Source of the DNA: an uncultured Clostridia bacterium
Lineage (GTDB): Bacteria > Bacillota > Clostridia > Christensenellales > UBA1242
NCBI GenBank assembly: GCA_944383915.1
Contig: CALWRJ010000013.1
Location: 28,743 to 92,742, forward strand
DNA: 64,000 nt
Direction of reading: 5' to 3'
In this document: positions 30,228-39,928 of the stretch, piece after piece
Layout: every line of letters starts with the position of its first letter
How positions within the stretch are numbered: the stretch's first letter is position 1
Program-made: the position numbers and the translations under genes
Notes under the pieces: generated by a model
Database searches by the model: none
What the model saw: the letters and a program-made list of their open reading frames with translations, nothing else
What the model was told of the DNA's origin: nothing

Positions 30228-31229
30228 TTATTTTATCAATTCACTTAAACGCACGGATAGACTTGCGGTACAGCCCATAAGCGGGTTATTTCCCATTCCA
30301 ACAAAACCCATCATATTTACATGAGCGGGAACAGAACTACTACCAGCGAATTGCGCATCACAGTGCATTCTCCCCATAGTATCAGTTAGTCCATAACTTG
30401 CAGGACCTGCCGCCAAATTGTCCGGGTGAAGTGTTCGCCCCGTACCACCACCGCTTGCTATTGAAAAGTAGGGTAACCCTTGGTTTACACGCATTTTTTT
30501 GTAAATTCCAGCAACGGGATGTTGAAAACGAGTTGGGTTCGTTGAATTTCCTGTGATTGAAATATCGACTTGTTCATAATCGCAAATTGCGACACCTTCA
30601 TTTACACTCAACGCGCCATAAACTCGTACATTACTACGGTCGCCATTCCCAAATTTTCGCTCGCTTTTAATTATTAGTTTATCGTTTGCAAAATCGAAAT
30701 CTGTTTCGATATAAGTAAAACCACCAATTCGGCTAATTATATAAGCGGCATCTTTTCCCAAACCATTTATAATAATTTTAAGTGGGGTAGTGCGAACGTG
30801 ATTTACACTAGTTGCAAGAGCAATAGCACCTTCACTTGCTGCAAATGATTCGTGACCTGCAATAAAACAGAAGCATTTTGTTGAGTCGTCTAAAAGAGTG
30901 TGAGCAAGTCTACCGTGTCCAAGTCCAACTTGACGGCGCTCGGCAACAGAACCAGGAATACAAAACGCTTGTAGTGCTTCACCAAGAAGTAACGCAATTT
31001 GTTTAGGGTCATTCGTGTGAGTTTTTACGGCTAGGGCAGTACCAATACGAAAAGCCCAAACAGCATTATCAAAAACTATTGGCTGCACTTTTTTTACAAA
31101 GTCCTCGCAGTTTAATACACTTTCGGCAAGTCTATATGCTTCATCTACGGAAGGTATTCCATATTTATCTAAAAGAGCCTTTATTTTAGCCTCGCGTTCA
31201 GCATAACCTGTGAAATATTTTTCTGTCAT
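30228..31229 (-). CDS. GGGtGRT family protein
   Basis: ASGGGTGRTLHPDN, GHESFAA, GNSTNPTRFQHP. Confidence 0.93.
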   Translation of the reverse strand: MTEKYFTGYAEREAKIKALLDKYGIPSVDEAYRLAESVLNCEDFVKKVQPIVFDNAVWAFRIGTALAVKTHTNDPKQIALLLGEALQAFCIPGSVAERRQVGLGHGRLAHTLLDDSTKCFCFIAGHESFAASEGAIALATSVNHVRTTPLKIIINGLGKDAAYIISRIGGFTYIETDFDFANDKLIIKSERKFGNGDRSNVRVYGALSVNEGVAICDYEQVDISITGNSTNPTRFQHPVAGIYKKMRVNQGLPYFSIASGGGTGRTLHPDNLAAGPASYGLTDTMGRMHCDAQFAGSSSVPAHVNMMGFVGMGNNPLMGCTASLSVRLSELIK

Positions 31230-31912
31230 ATGTTTTCCTCCATAGTGTCTATATATTTTTTGCCTTCATCAAAACGCCCATACGAACCAGCAGATTTTAT
31301 TAATGCCTCTTTTGCGTCTAGCCCTGAACGAATATTTTTTAAAAGTCTTGGCAAATTTACATATTCATAACCGATAATTTCGTCATTTTCATCAAGAGCA
31401 AGGCGAGTTATATAACCTTCTGTGGTGTGGTAGTACCTTACGCCTGTTTTATCACTAGAATAAATTGTTCCAACACGGCTTGAATGAGTAGAGCCTAACT
31501 CCTCAATACCTGCACCAATCGAAAGTCCGCCAAGAGAAAATGCGCTTTGACTGCGTCCATATACAAGTTGTTGGAAAATATCCTTCATAGCATCATTGAT
31601 AGCATCGCAAACTAGGTCGGTATTGAGTGCTTCTAAAAGCGTAAGCCCAACTAATATTTCACCAGCCATACAAGCACTATGCGTCATTCCACTGCAACCA
31701 ACAGTTTCGACAAGCGCTTCCTGTATAATGCCATTTTTAACATTTAAAGTAAGTTTACAAACACCTTGGCGTGGCGCACACTTTCCGCAACCGTGACTAA
31801 ATCCGCTGATTTGTGTAATGTCTTTAACTTGGTCGTACCTACCTTCTTGTGGGATAGGTGCTGGTCCAGAATGTGGACAAGAATTTATTTTGTAGCAATC
31901 GTTGTTTTTCAT
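31226..31912 (-). CDS. IscU/NifU-N-like Fe-S protein partnering GGGtGRT
   Basis: G.CAP.QG.CKLTLNV, GCSGMTHSA, NTDLVCDAIN; stop overlaps the GGGtGRT start. Confidence 0.85.
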   Translation of the reverse strand: MKNNDCYKINSCPHSGPAPIPQEGRYDQVKDITQISGFSHGCGKCAPRQGVCKLTLNVKNGIIQEALVETVGCSGMTHSACMAGEILVGLTLLEALNTDLVCDAINDAMKDIFQQLVYGRSQSAFSLGGLSIGAGIEELGSTHSSRVGTIYSSDKTGVRYYHTTEGYITRLALDENDEIIGYEYVNLPRLLKNIRSGLDAKEALIKSAGSYGRFDEGKKYIDTMEENI

Positions 31913-32085
31913 TTTTTCCCCTTTTGTAGCGCGTAAAAACACGCAAAATCAAATATAGTATATCACATTATTTTATTTTTAAAAAATGATTTGATATAAA
32001 ATTTAATTTATTGTTTTTGTTGGTATTGACGATTTTTATGTTTTGTGATATAATAAAATATATAACAAAAGAACGGAGTGAGAAA

Positions 32086-32496
32086 ATGTTTACAGAAAAA
32101 TTAGATAGGAAAGATTTAGAAAACTATGCAGAAAATGTTATTTGTGGACCTGCTTATGAAGTTTCAAGTCCAATAACTTGTGAAAAAATTTATGATAAAA
32201 CTGGTAAGTTAGACCGTATTGATTTGAGTTTTACTGCCGTTGGTTCATTAACTGATGACGAAAATTTAGTAAATACTTCTATTAGTGATTTTAAAACTAA
32301 CGATGACCATGTTCGATTTTTTGTAAATAAGTTTGGTTTAAGTTATGTGTTCGCTTATAAAAAATATCTAAAAACTCTTGATATTTCTCAAAACGAAAAA
32401 AAGATATTACAGCAGAAATGCACTTCGATGTATTGCTCAAATGTCTTTAAACCTAGTGACACTTGCCAAACTAAAATTGACGACTTTTCGAGATAA
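32086..32496 (+). CDS. Orphan hypothetical protein (MFTEKL...)
   Basis: GGAGTG RBS before ATG 32086. Confidence 0.7.
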   Translation: MFTEKLDRKDLENYAENVICGPAYEVSSPITCEKIYDKTGKLDRIDLSFTAVGSLTDDENLVNTSISDFKTNDDHVRFFVNKFGLSYVFAYKKYLKTLDISQNEKKILQQKCTSMYCSNVFKPSDTCQTKIDDFSR

Positions 32497-32671
32497 TTAA
32501 AACTTAATAAATCAAAGTTAGACTATATTAAAAATTCAAATTTTGCAAATACTTTTTATAATAATCTATTAAAAATAAACAACCGATTAGGTTGTTTTTT
32601 GCTTTTTAAAAGTTGCTATTATTTATATTATGTGATATAATAAACCTAAATTTTATTTAGGAGCAAGCAGA

Positions 32672-33868
32672 ATGCAGAATGTTTTTGACGAAATGAAAGA
32701 ACGCGGTCTTATTTACCAAACAATTAACGAAGACGAACTTCGCGAACTTTTAGGAAGGGAGAGAGTTGTTTGCTATTGCGGTTTCGACCCAACGGCTGAT
32801 AGTTTGCATGTTGGACACCTTGCTTCAATTTTACAATTAGTACGAATGCAAAAAGCAGGGCATACTCCTATTGCGTTAATTGGTGGCGCGACAGGCAGAA
32901 TCGGCGACCCAACAGGTAGAAATGATATGCGTCCTATGATTACACAAGAACAACGCGATGAAAATTTACGAAAAATCAAAGCGCAATTAGAGTCATTCTT
33001 TGACCCCAAAATGCCAAATAGGCTAATTGTCGTAAATAATGATGATTGGATAAGTAAGTTAGGGTATTTGGAATTTTTAAATATCGTAGGCTTAAATATG
33101 AGTGTAAACAAAATGTTAAGTTCTGGTTGCTTTGAGCAAAGAATGGAAAACGGTTTAAGTTTTCTAGAATTTAACTATATGCCAATGCAAGCATACGATT
33201 TTTGGTATCTTTTTAAAAATTATAATTGTAAAATTGAATTAGGCGGTAGTGACCAATGGGCAAATATTGTCGCTGGCGCTGACCTAATTCATAAAAGAGA
33301 AAATAAGCCTGTTTATTGTTTTACAACTCCACTTCTTACCAAATCTGATGGCACAAAAATGGGCAAGTCCGCTGGCGGTGCAGTTTGGTTATCTCGAGAA
33401 AAATACAGTGACTACGACTTTTTCCAATATTTTCGCGATATTGAGGATAGCAAAGTTGAGGAAATTTTCCGTGTGCTAACACTTTTACCATTAGACGAAA
33501 TAAAAGAGATTTGTTCTGTTAGTGGTAAAGAATTAAACAAAGCAAAAGAACGCCTTGCATACGAAGTTACAAAATTAGTACGCGGTGAGGAAAGCGCTCT
33601 GGAGGCTCTAAGTAAGGCGCGCGGTGCGTTTAATGGCGATTTAAACGAAATGCCCGAAGTCGAAATAGACAAAGCAAATTTAAATATTGTTGATTGTCTT
33701 GTTGCTATTAAGTTTGCCACATCGCGTGGTGACGCTAAAAAATTAATTTTAGGTGGTGGCGTCCGCGTAAATGATAGCGTGGTAAATAATATAGAGTTCA
33801 CTTGTCCAAATGAAACTTTTGTACTTAAAAAAGGTAAAAAGAATATAGTTAAGGTTAAAGTAAAATAA
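32672..33868 (+). CDS. tyrS: Tyrosine--tRNA ligase
   Basis: YCGFDPTADSLHVGH, GGSDQW, KMGKS, C-terminal S4 domain. Confidence 0.98.
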   Translation: MQNVFDEMKERGLIYQTINEDELRELLGRERVVCYCGFDPTADSLHVGHLASILQLVRMQKAGHTPIALIGGATGRIGDPTGRNDMRPMITQEQRDENLRKIKAQLESFFDPKMPNRLIVVNNDDWISKLGYLEFLNIVGLNMSVNKMLSSGCFEQRMENGLSFLEFNYMPMQAYDFWYLFKNYNCKIELGGSDQWANIVAGADLIHKRENKPVYCFTTPLLTKSDGTKMGKSAGGAVWLSREKYSDYDFFQYFRDIEDSKVEEIFRVLTLLPLDEIKEICSVSGKELNKAKERLAYEVTKLVRGEESALEALSKARGAFNGDLNEMPEVEIDKANLNIVDCLVAIKFATSRGDAKKLILGGGVRVNDSVVNNIEFTCPNETFVLKKGKKNIVKVKVK

Positions 33869-34458
33869 TGAAAGAGTTATTTTCAGTACCGCAAAATAAA
33901 ATATTTACAAGCGAGATTTTAATAAATAAATCTCGCTTTTTGGGTTTTTGTAAGTATGTAGATAACCAAGAAAAAGCAGATGATTTTATTAATAATATAA
34001 GGCAACAGCATAACGATGCTCGCCATGTAGTTTATGCGTATAAACTACTAAATTTGGCAAAAGTAAGTGATGATGGAGAACCATCAGGCACGGCAGGAAA
34101 ACCTATTTTAAATATATTAGAAATGAAAAATTTAACAAATATTATAATCTGCGTTGTTCGGTATTTTGGTGGCATAAAACTCGGTGCTGGGGGCTTGTTG
34201 CGAGCCTATTCAAATACTGCAAAAGAAATTTTTGAAGTCGCGCCTATTGTTAAATATGAGCCTTCTTTTGTTTATGAAATAATTCTTGATTATAGCGAAT
34301 ACCAGGTTTTTTTAAATAAGATAAAGGATAAAAAAGTTATTATTTTAGAAAGTGATTTTACTAATGGTGCTAAAATTAAATTTGTTGCTTCAACTGACGA
34401 AAATTTTACAAATGCAATAAAAATCGATGAAATTTTACAAAGTTATGAGGGTATATAA
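33868..34458 (+). CDS. yigZ: YigZ/IMPACT family protein
   Basis: SDDGEPSGTAG, VVRYFGGIKLGAGGL. Confidence 0.95.
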   Translation: MKELFSVPQNKIFTSEILINKSRFLGFCKYVDNQEKADDFINNIRQQHNDARHVVYAYKLLNLAKVSDDGEPSGTAGKPILNILEMKNLTNIIICVVRYFGGIKLGAGGLLRAYSNTAKEIFEVAPIVKYEPSFVYEIILDYSEYQVFLNKIKDKKVIILESDFTNGAKIKFVASTDENFTNAIKIDEILQSYEGI

Positions 34459-35087
34459 TGAGTGTAATTACAGACATTAAACAAGCAAAAGGGAATAAAA
34501 AGCGAGTCCACATTTATATTGATGATGAATTTGTTTGCTCCGTTGATGATTTTACCGCGTTTAAAAATAAACTGCACAAAGGCAGAGAGATAACAAAAGC
34601 AGAACTTGAAAATATCGTTACAGAAAGCGAACAAAATAGTGGTTTTGAACGCGTTGTTGATTTAATTTCTCGTACCCCAAAAACACAACATCAAGTGCGT
34701 ACTTATTTAAAAGAAAAAGGTTATATGCCAAAAACTATTAATGTTATTTTGGCAAAACTCCAAGATTATCATTATTTAGATGATAGGCGATATGCGGAAA
34801 TATATATTGAAAACAACATCAGTCGTTATGGTAAGCGCAAAATTATGCAAAATTTGCTTATGCGTGGAGTAGATAAAGATTTAATAAACGAGTGCTTGGC
34901 TGATTATGATAACCAAGACGAAACAGTTTTAAACTTTGCTTTAAAGTTTATGAAAAACCGAGAACCAACACGCGAAAATTTTGATAAACTTTGTCGCCAT
35001 CTTGCAGGAAAAGGCTTTGATTGGAGCGAAATTAGTCTAGTAATTTCAAAATTAAAAGAAGGGAATTTAGATGAAAGTTGGGATTGA
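34458..35087 (+). CDS. recX: Regulatory protein RecX
   Basis: YLDD..YA, G..KI...L...GV, L..KGF. Confidence 0.88.
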   Translation: MSVITDIKQAKGNKKRVHIYIDDEFVCSVDDFTAFKNKLHKGREITKAELENIVTESEQNSGFERVVDLISRTPKTQHQVRTYLKEKGYMPKTINVILAKLQDYHYLDDRRYAEIYIENNISRYGKRKIMQNLLMRGVDKDLINECLADYDNQDETVLNFALKFMKNREPTRENFDKLCRHLAGKGFDWSEISLVISKLKEGNLDESWD

Positions 35088-35442
35088 TATTGTAAAAGTT
35101 GAACGATTTTTAGACAAAATCAACGATGGCAAGTTTTTATCAAGAGTTTTTACTCATGCCGAGCGCGAGCATATAAAAGAAATTTCAACACCACAAGGGC
35201 AGGCGGAAAGAATGGCAGGTAAATTTTGCGCAAAAGAAGCCGTTTCTAAAATGTTTGGTACGGGGATAGATAAAGGTATAACATGGCTTGATATTGAAAT
35301 TTTACCCGATAGTCTAGGCAAACCTTGTTTAAATTTAAAAGGTACAGCAAAAAAAATGGCGGAAAGTTTAAAACTTAAAAATATAGATATCAGCATATCG
35401 CACACAGATAAAGACGCTATTGCTATTTGCGTTGCAATGTGA
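35071..35442 (+). CDS. acpS: Holo-ACP synthase
   Basis: GIDIV, F.AKEA.SK..GTG, ISISH. Confidence 0.95.
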   Translation: MKVGIDIVKVERFLDKINDGKFLSRVFTHAEREHIKEISTPQGQAERMAGKFCAKEAVSKMFGTGIDKGITWLDIEILPDSLGKPCLNLKGTAKKMAESLKLKNIDISISHTDKDAIAICVAM

Positions 35443-35545
35443 TTTTAACGAATAAAAAAATATTAAATACAAAACATATCTTTGAAAAATCCTAAATTTT
35501 AAAAATTTTAGGTATATTTAATATGTTAAAAGGGATAAATTAATT

Positions 35546-35722
35546 ATGCAAGACAAAAAGTATTCAGTCGAATTGTCAAAATTAATAAGACACAAAAATT
35601 ACCATTCTAAACATATATTGAAAAAGGAAGATTATCGCGACTTCAAAGGTTTTAGTGAATGGGAAATTTGGGGTGATTGTGATGATTTAACCGAGTATGA
35701 AAATTGGTTAAAGGAGCTTTAA
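35546..35722 (+). CDS. Small acidic-tailed ORF (58 aa), putative MazE/NdoAI-type antitoxin
   Basis: AAGGGA RBS; MQDKKYS...DDLTEYENWLKEL*; ends 3 nt before mazF. Confidence 0.6.
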   Translation: MQDKKYSVELSKLIRHKNYHSKHILKKEDYRDFKGFSEWEIWGDCDDLTEYENWLKEL

Positions 35723-35725
35723 AAC

Positions 35726-36070
35726 TTGGATACAATCAAACGAGGCGACATTTATTATGCAAATTTATCACCAGTAGTAGGTAGCGAACAGGGCGGAGTG
35801 CGCCCCGTTTTGATTGTGCAAAACGATGTAGGTAACCGTTATAGCCCAACAGTTATTGTGGCGGCGATTACAAGTAAAATAAACAAAGCCAAATTGCCTA
35901 CGCATATTGAGTTAAATGCTCATACATATGGTCTAGAACGCGACAGCGTGGTCTTGTTAGAACAAATTCGTACGCTCGACAAAGCGCGTTTATTAGAAAA
36001 AATAGGCACTGCGGACCGAAATACCCTAAAAAATATCGATGATGCTTTGGTTATTAGTCTAGGATTGTAA
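35726..36070 (+). CDS. mazF: MazF/PemK (NdoA/EndoA) endoribonuclease toxin
   Basis: [42 protein letters not shown]. Confidence 0.96.
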   Translation: MDTIKRGDIYYANLSPVVGSEQGGVRPVLIVQNDVGNRYSPTVIVAAITSKINKAKLPTHIELNAHTYGLERDSVVLLEQIRTLDKARLLEKIGTADRNTLKNIDDALVISLGL

Positions 36071-36075
36071 ATTTG

Positions 36076-36099
36076 CGCCTAAAATTTCAGGCGTTTTTT
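36076..36099 (+). terminator. Terminator after mazF
   Basis: CGCCT...AGGCG followed by T6. Confidence 0.65.
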
Positions 36100-36243
36100 C
36101 TTTAAAATTTGTTAAAAATTTTTTAAAATAAGCCTTTAATATATATTTTCATTGTTTTTACAAGTTGCATATTGACAAATTTAGAATTTTAATGTATAAT
36201 ATTCGTAATACTACTAGATGAATAAATAGAGAGGTAATTTATT

Positions 36244-39216
36244 ATGAAATGGCTTAATAGATTCTTAATCTTTTTGCTTATCGTCATCGTATGTATTAGT
36301 ATAGGCTTATCCATTTACTACTTTATGCGTAATACTGAGGTATTTAGTTTTGGTAATGGTGAAAATGCCCTTACTAAATATGTTAATGTTGGCGAAACAT
36401 TTGAAGTCACAGTTACACGACAAAATGCTTCAAGTGAGGAGTATTCTCTTGTAACTATGGATGAAAATGTTGTAAGAGCACTTGATCCCGCATATTACGA
36501 GGATGACAACGAAACAATCGTTTGGAGATTTGAAGCAGTTAGTGGCGGAAACACAACTTTACAACTTCAAACTACAAATGAAGGTTACAAAGACCTACAA
36601 GTTGCTGTTTATGTAGGTGATGGTACAGTTGAGCACCCGTTCTATGTTCGTGATTACTTAGATTTAAGTACAATTGGACAAAATGACGCTGTTGACGGCA
36701 GAACTCTTTCAGCACACTATCAACAAGTTGCTGATATTGATATGAGTGTTGCAGAATCTGCTTGGACTCCAATCGGTACAAATTCAAGCACAGGCTTTAC
36801 AGGCTCATACAATGGTAACGGTCACACTATTTCTAACTTAATATTGTTAAAGAGTGGCTCGACTTATGCTAACGAAAGCACTATGTTTGTAAGTGACACT
36901 CTTGAAAGAGCTGGGTTGTTTGCTACAATCGGTAATGGTGGTGTAGTATCAAAACTTAACTTAACTAGTGTGATTATTGATGGTGCTTACAGTTACGCTG
37001 GTGCTGTCGCTGGTGTAGTTAATGGTCAGGTTAACTTTGTGAATGTTTCAAACTCAACTATTAGCAACTCAAGCACACAAAATGGAGCAACAGTCGGCGG
37101 TATTGTTGGTTCGGTTATTGCTTCGAGTACGAATACTACACAATTTATAGCACGCATTCAATACTCGTCAGTATCAAATTCTACTATCATAGGACAAAAC
37201 TATGTTGGTGGTCTTGCTGGTAGTACTCAAGGTGCGTTCGTGTTCAATTCGTATGTAACAGGTAATATCACAGCAAATGGTGATAGTTCAATTGCTGGTG
37301 GTTTAATCGGTCTTGTAAATAATGTTCAAAATGAGAATAACATTTACAGAAATGCCATTGTAAACAACTATGCGGTTTTAAGTTCTATCACTTCAAATGG
37401 TGAATTTGGTTACTTAATAGGTAGCAATACAAACTACGGCGCTGAAACAAATGTTGTTTTAAGACCAAGTAGCGAAGACGAAACTGTAAGTTCGTACAAT
37501 AGAATTTTAGGTAACTTCTACCGCGCAACTGATGGTTATACTGCAATCGCTGGTCAAGCCGATGTAACGGACGCTTACCTTGCATTCCCAGTAAGCGATG
37601 AAGTTTTAAAACAAAGACCAACGCAGGAAAGAATTGATGCAATCATTTCAAGTGGTGCAGTTGACGCTAGCCTTGCCTTTGTAGGCTACAGCACAATAGG
37701 TCAATTCACTGGTTGGAACTTTGAGCAAGTTTGGACAATTGATTCTACAGTAAATAACGGTTATCCAACAATCAAAGTAGATGCAGTTCCTACAGCAGAT
37801 TCAATATATGATGAGTTTGATAGAATAATTATCTCTGCTGAAGATGCTTTGAAACGAGAAATTCAAAACGATATAGCTGATGATGGCGAGTTAAATAACA
37901 ATTACTTCATCAATGAAAGCATTTGTTTAACAGGCGAATGGACGCCAATTGGTACTGCAGAAATGCCATTCAATGGTCAATTTGTGGTAATTCCTGACAG
38001 CAACGGCAATATGCCAGTTATATACAACCTTGTAATAAGTACTGACAGAGCGTACAATGGTTTCTTTGGATATGTTGGTAGCAACGGACTTATTCAAGAT
38101 TTGACAATTGAAGGTGTAAACATCTCTGCTGGTCAATATATCGGTGTAATTGCTGGTTACAATAACGGCACTATTAGTGGTGCAACAGTTCGTTCTAATG
38201 CTGATACAAACTTTGTAGGAATTAATGTTGATAAAGACGGCGATGTTTATGTTGGTGGTATCGTTGGTAGCAACTACTCAAACGGTAACATTTTAAATAG
38301 CACTGCTACATTAAATATTAGAGTAACGGCAAATACGGCTTCTATCGGTGGTGTGGCTGGACAAAACTTAGGAAACATTAACAACGCAAGTTATAATGGA
38401 CTTCAAGCGAACGGTAACTACTCATACAGAATTGATGTTATGAACAAAAACGGAAACACTAAATATGTAGGTGGTATTGTTGGTGATATGTCTAGCGGAA
38501 CAATCACAAAAGGCAACTTCACTGGTTTAATTAGCGCACCTACTATTGATGGTACAATCGTTGGTGGTATCGTTGGTAGATACAGCGGAAGCATTGCTAA
38601 TACTCAACCTACTATTACAAAATGCGCTGCAACTGATATAAACATCACTGGTTACTTAATCGGTGGTCTTGTTGGTAGACTTGATGTAGCGTCAAGTGTG
38701 GGAATTGTAAATAACATTTCGCAATCATACTCAACAGGTTCTGTTTATGGATATAGAGTAGGTGGTCTTGCTGGTGAAATCTCACGCGGTAGTATCATAA
38801 ATAGTTACTCAAACTGCTTCCTTAGTGGTAACATTATGGGTGGTTTTGCTGGTAGTATCTTATACCGCAACTCAAGTGAATATGGACGCGTTGCTTACTG
38901 CTTCTCAAATGTATCATTTGACAATTCAGCAGGTAAGGCTTATGCAGAAACAGAATCAGAAATCTACGCTTTAAACAACATATTTGATGCTGGCTCTAAA
39001 GTTGGTGGCTATGTAGAAAACTGTATTCTAAATTCACAAAGCGGTGGCGCTCGTCACTCAAGTTCATACCTATTCATAATCGACTGGAAAGCACCAGACG
39101 ATGGCTGGAGAAGTGATGGAGATTGCAAGAATATCGACACATTCACAAACCGTGGTTTCGATAGTTCTATTTGGAACTTCGTTAGCGGTCAATACCCAAC
39201 ACTAAATATGAACTAA
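36244..39216 (+). CDS. Large surface protein with GLUG-type beta-helical repeats
   Basis: N-terminal TM; two WTPIG..F.G modules, repeated VGGIVG, W.....GYPT caps. Confidence 0.85.
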   Translation: MKWLNRFLIFLLIVIVCISIGLSIYYFMRNTEVFSFGNGENALTKYVNVGETFEVTVTRQNASSEEYSLVTMDENVVRALDPAYYEDDNETIVWRFEAVSGGNTTLQLQTTNEGYKDLQVAVYVGDGTVEHPFYVRDYLDLSTIGQNDAVDGRTLSAHYQQVADIDMSVAESAWTPIGTNSSTGFTGSYNGNGHTISNLILLKSGSTYANESTMFVSDTLERAGLFATIGNGGVVSKLNLTSVIIDGAYSYAGAVAGVVNGQVNFVNVSNSTISNSSTQNGATVGGIVGSVIASSTNTTQFIARIQYSSVSNSTIIGQNYVGGLAGSTQGAFVFNSYVTGNITANGDSSIAGGLIGLVNNVQNENNIYRNAIVNNYAVLSSITSNGEFGYLIGSNTNYGAETNVVLRPSSEDETVSSYNRILGNFYRATDGYTAIAGQADVTDAYLAFPVSDEVLKQRPTQERIDAIISSGAVDASLAFVGYSTIGQFTGWNFEQVWTIDSTVNNGYPTIKVDAVPTADSIYDEFDRIIISAEDALKREIQNDIADDGELNNNYFINESICLTGEWTPIGTAEMPFNGQFVVIPDSNGNMPVIYNLVISTDRAYNGFFGYVGSNGLIQDLTIEGVNISAGQYIGVIAGYNNGTISGATVRSNADTNFVGINVDKDGDVYVGGIVGSNYSNGNILNSTATLNIRVTANTASIGGVAGQNLGNINNASYNGLQANGNYSYRIDVMNKNGNTKYVGGIVGDMSSGTITKGNFTGLISAPTIDGTIVGGIVGRYSGSIANTQPTITKCAATDINITGYLIGGLVGRLDVASSVGIVNNISQSYSTGSVYGYRVGGLAGEISRGSIINSYSNCFLSGNIMGGFAGSILYRNSSEYGRVAYCFSNVSFDNSAGKAYAETESEIYALNNIFDAGSKVGGYVENCILNSQSGGARHSSSYLFIIDWKAPDDGWRSDGDCKNIDTFTNRGFDSSIWNFVSGQYPTLNMN

Positions 39217-39222
39217 TCAAAT

Positions 39223-39259
39223 AAAAAAGCATACCAAGTATTTTCTTGGTATGTTTTTT
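39223..39259 (+). terminator. Intrinsic terminator
   Basis: CATACCAAG...CTTGGTATG followed by a T run. Confidence 0.8.
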
Positions 39260-39380
39260 GTTTTTGGTTAAAGTAATTTATTATTAAAAATTGTTTTTAT
39301 TCAGTATACAAATAGATTTCAAATCAATTCTCTTTTTCTCAAAATAAAAAAAATGTGTAAAGTGTACACATTTTTTTCAA

Positions 39381-39581
39381 TTAATCATTTCCAAGTAAAT
39401 AATCAATACTTTCGTCTAACGCTTGTGCAATTAAAATTAAAACATCGAGAGAAGGCTCTCGTTTTCCTGTGCAATAGTTATTAACAATACTTTGAGACAT
39501 TCCAATTTTATTAGCAAGTTCTAATTGTGTCATTCCATTCTCATCTAAAACATCTCTCAATCTTTCCGCAAATTTATTCAT
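39381..39581 (-). CDS. Small XRE-family HTH regulator
   Basis: FAERLR...MTQLELA...NNYCTGKREP...SIDYLLG. Confidence 0.9.
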   Translation of the reverse strand: MNKFAERLRDVLDENGMTQLELANKIGMSQSIVNNYCTGKREPSLDVLILIAQALDESIDYLLGND

Positions 39582-39607
39582 AAATAAATTATATTAAATT
39601 CTTTCTT

Positions 39608-39644
39608 AAAATAGTTGACATATGGCTATTAGCCATAGTATACT
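39608..39644 (+). promoter_or_regulatory. Divergent promoter whose spacer is the palindrome TATGGCTA-T-TAGCCATA
   Basis: TTGACA 39615, TATACT 39639, perfect 17-bp palindrome 39621-39637. Confidence 0.8.
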
Positions 39645-39928
39645 TTTAATGTTCAAAAAACTTGCAAAATTAAAAGAACACTTTGTTCCAAATTGACTAA
39701 AAAGATAAAAAATTGTTTAAACTATAAAAATATCTAACATATTTCTACAAATTTCTACAAAAAATAACAATGAACTTCTAAAAACAAAAAAACTAAAGCC
39801 TAAAATAAAAAATAGGTTTTAAGAATAATTATTAAAATTAAAACTCAAATATATAACTAAATTTTACCCGAAAACAAAAAACTAAGTTAATTTGTTTTAC
39901 AAATTAAAAAAATAGGAGAGATAGCCAT

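Noticed and set aside
39741-39761. Spo0A boxes (TTCTACA twice) upstream of the adhesin
   Set aside because: One mismatch each to TTCGACA in very AT-rich DNA; too weak to call.
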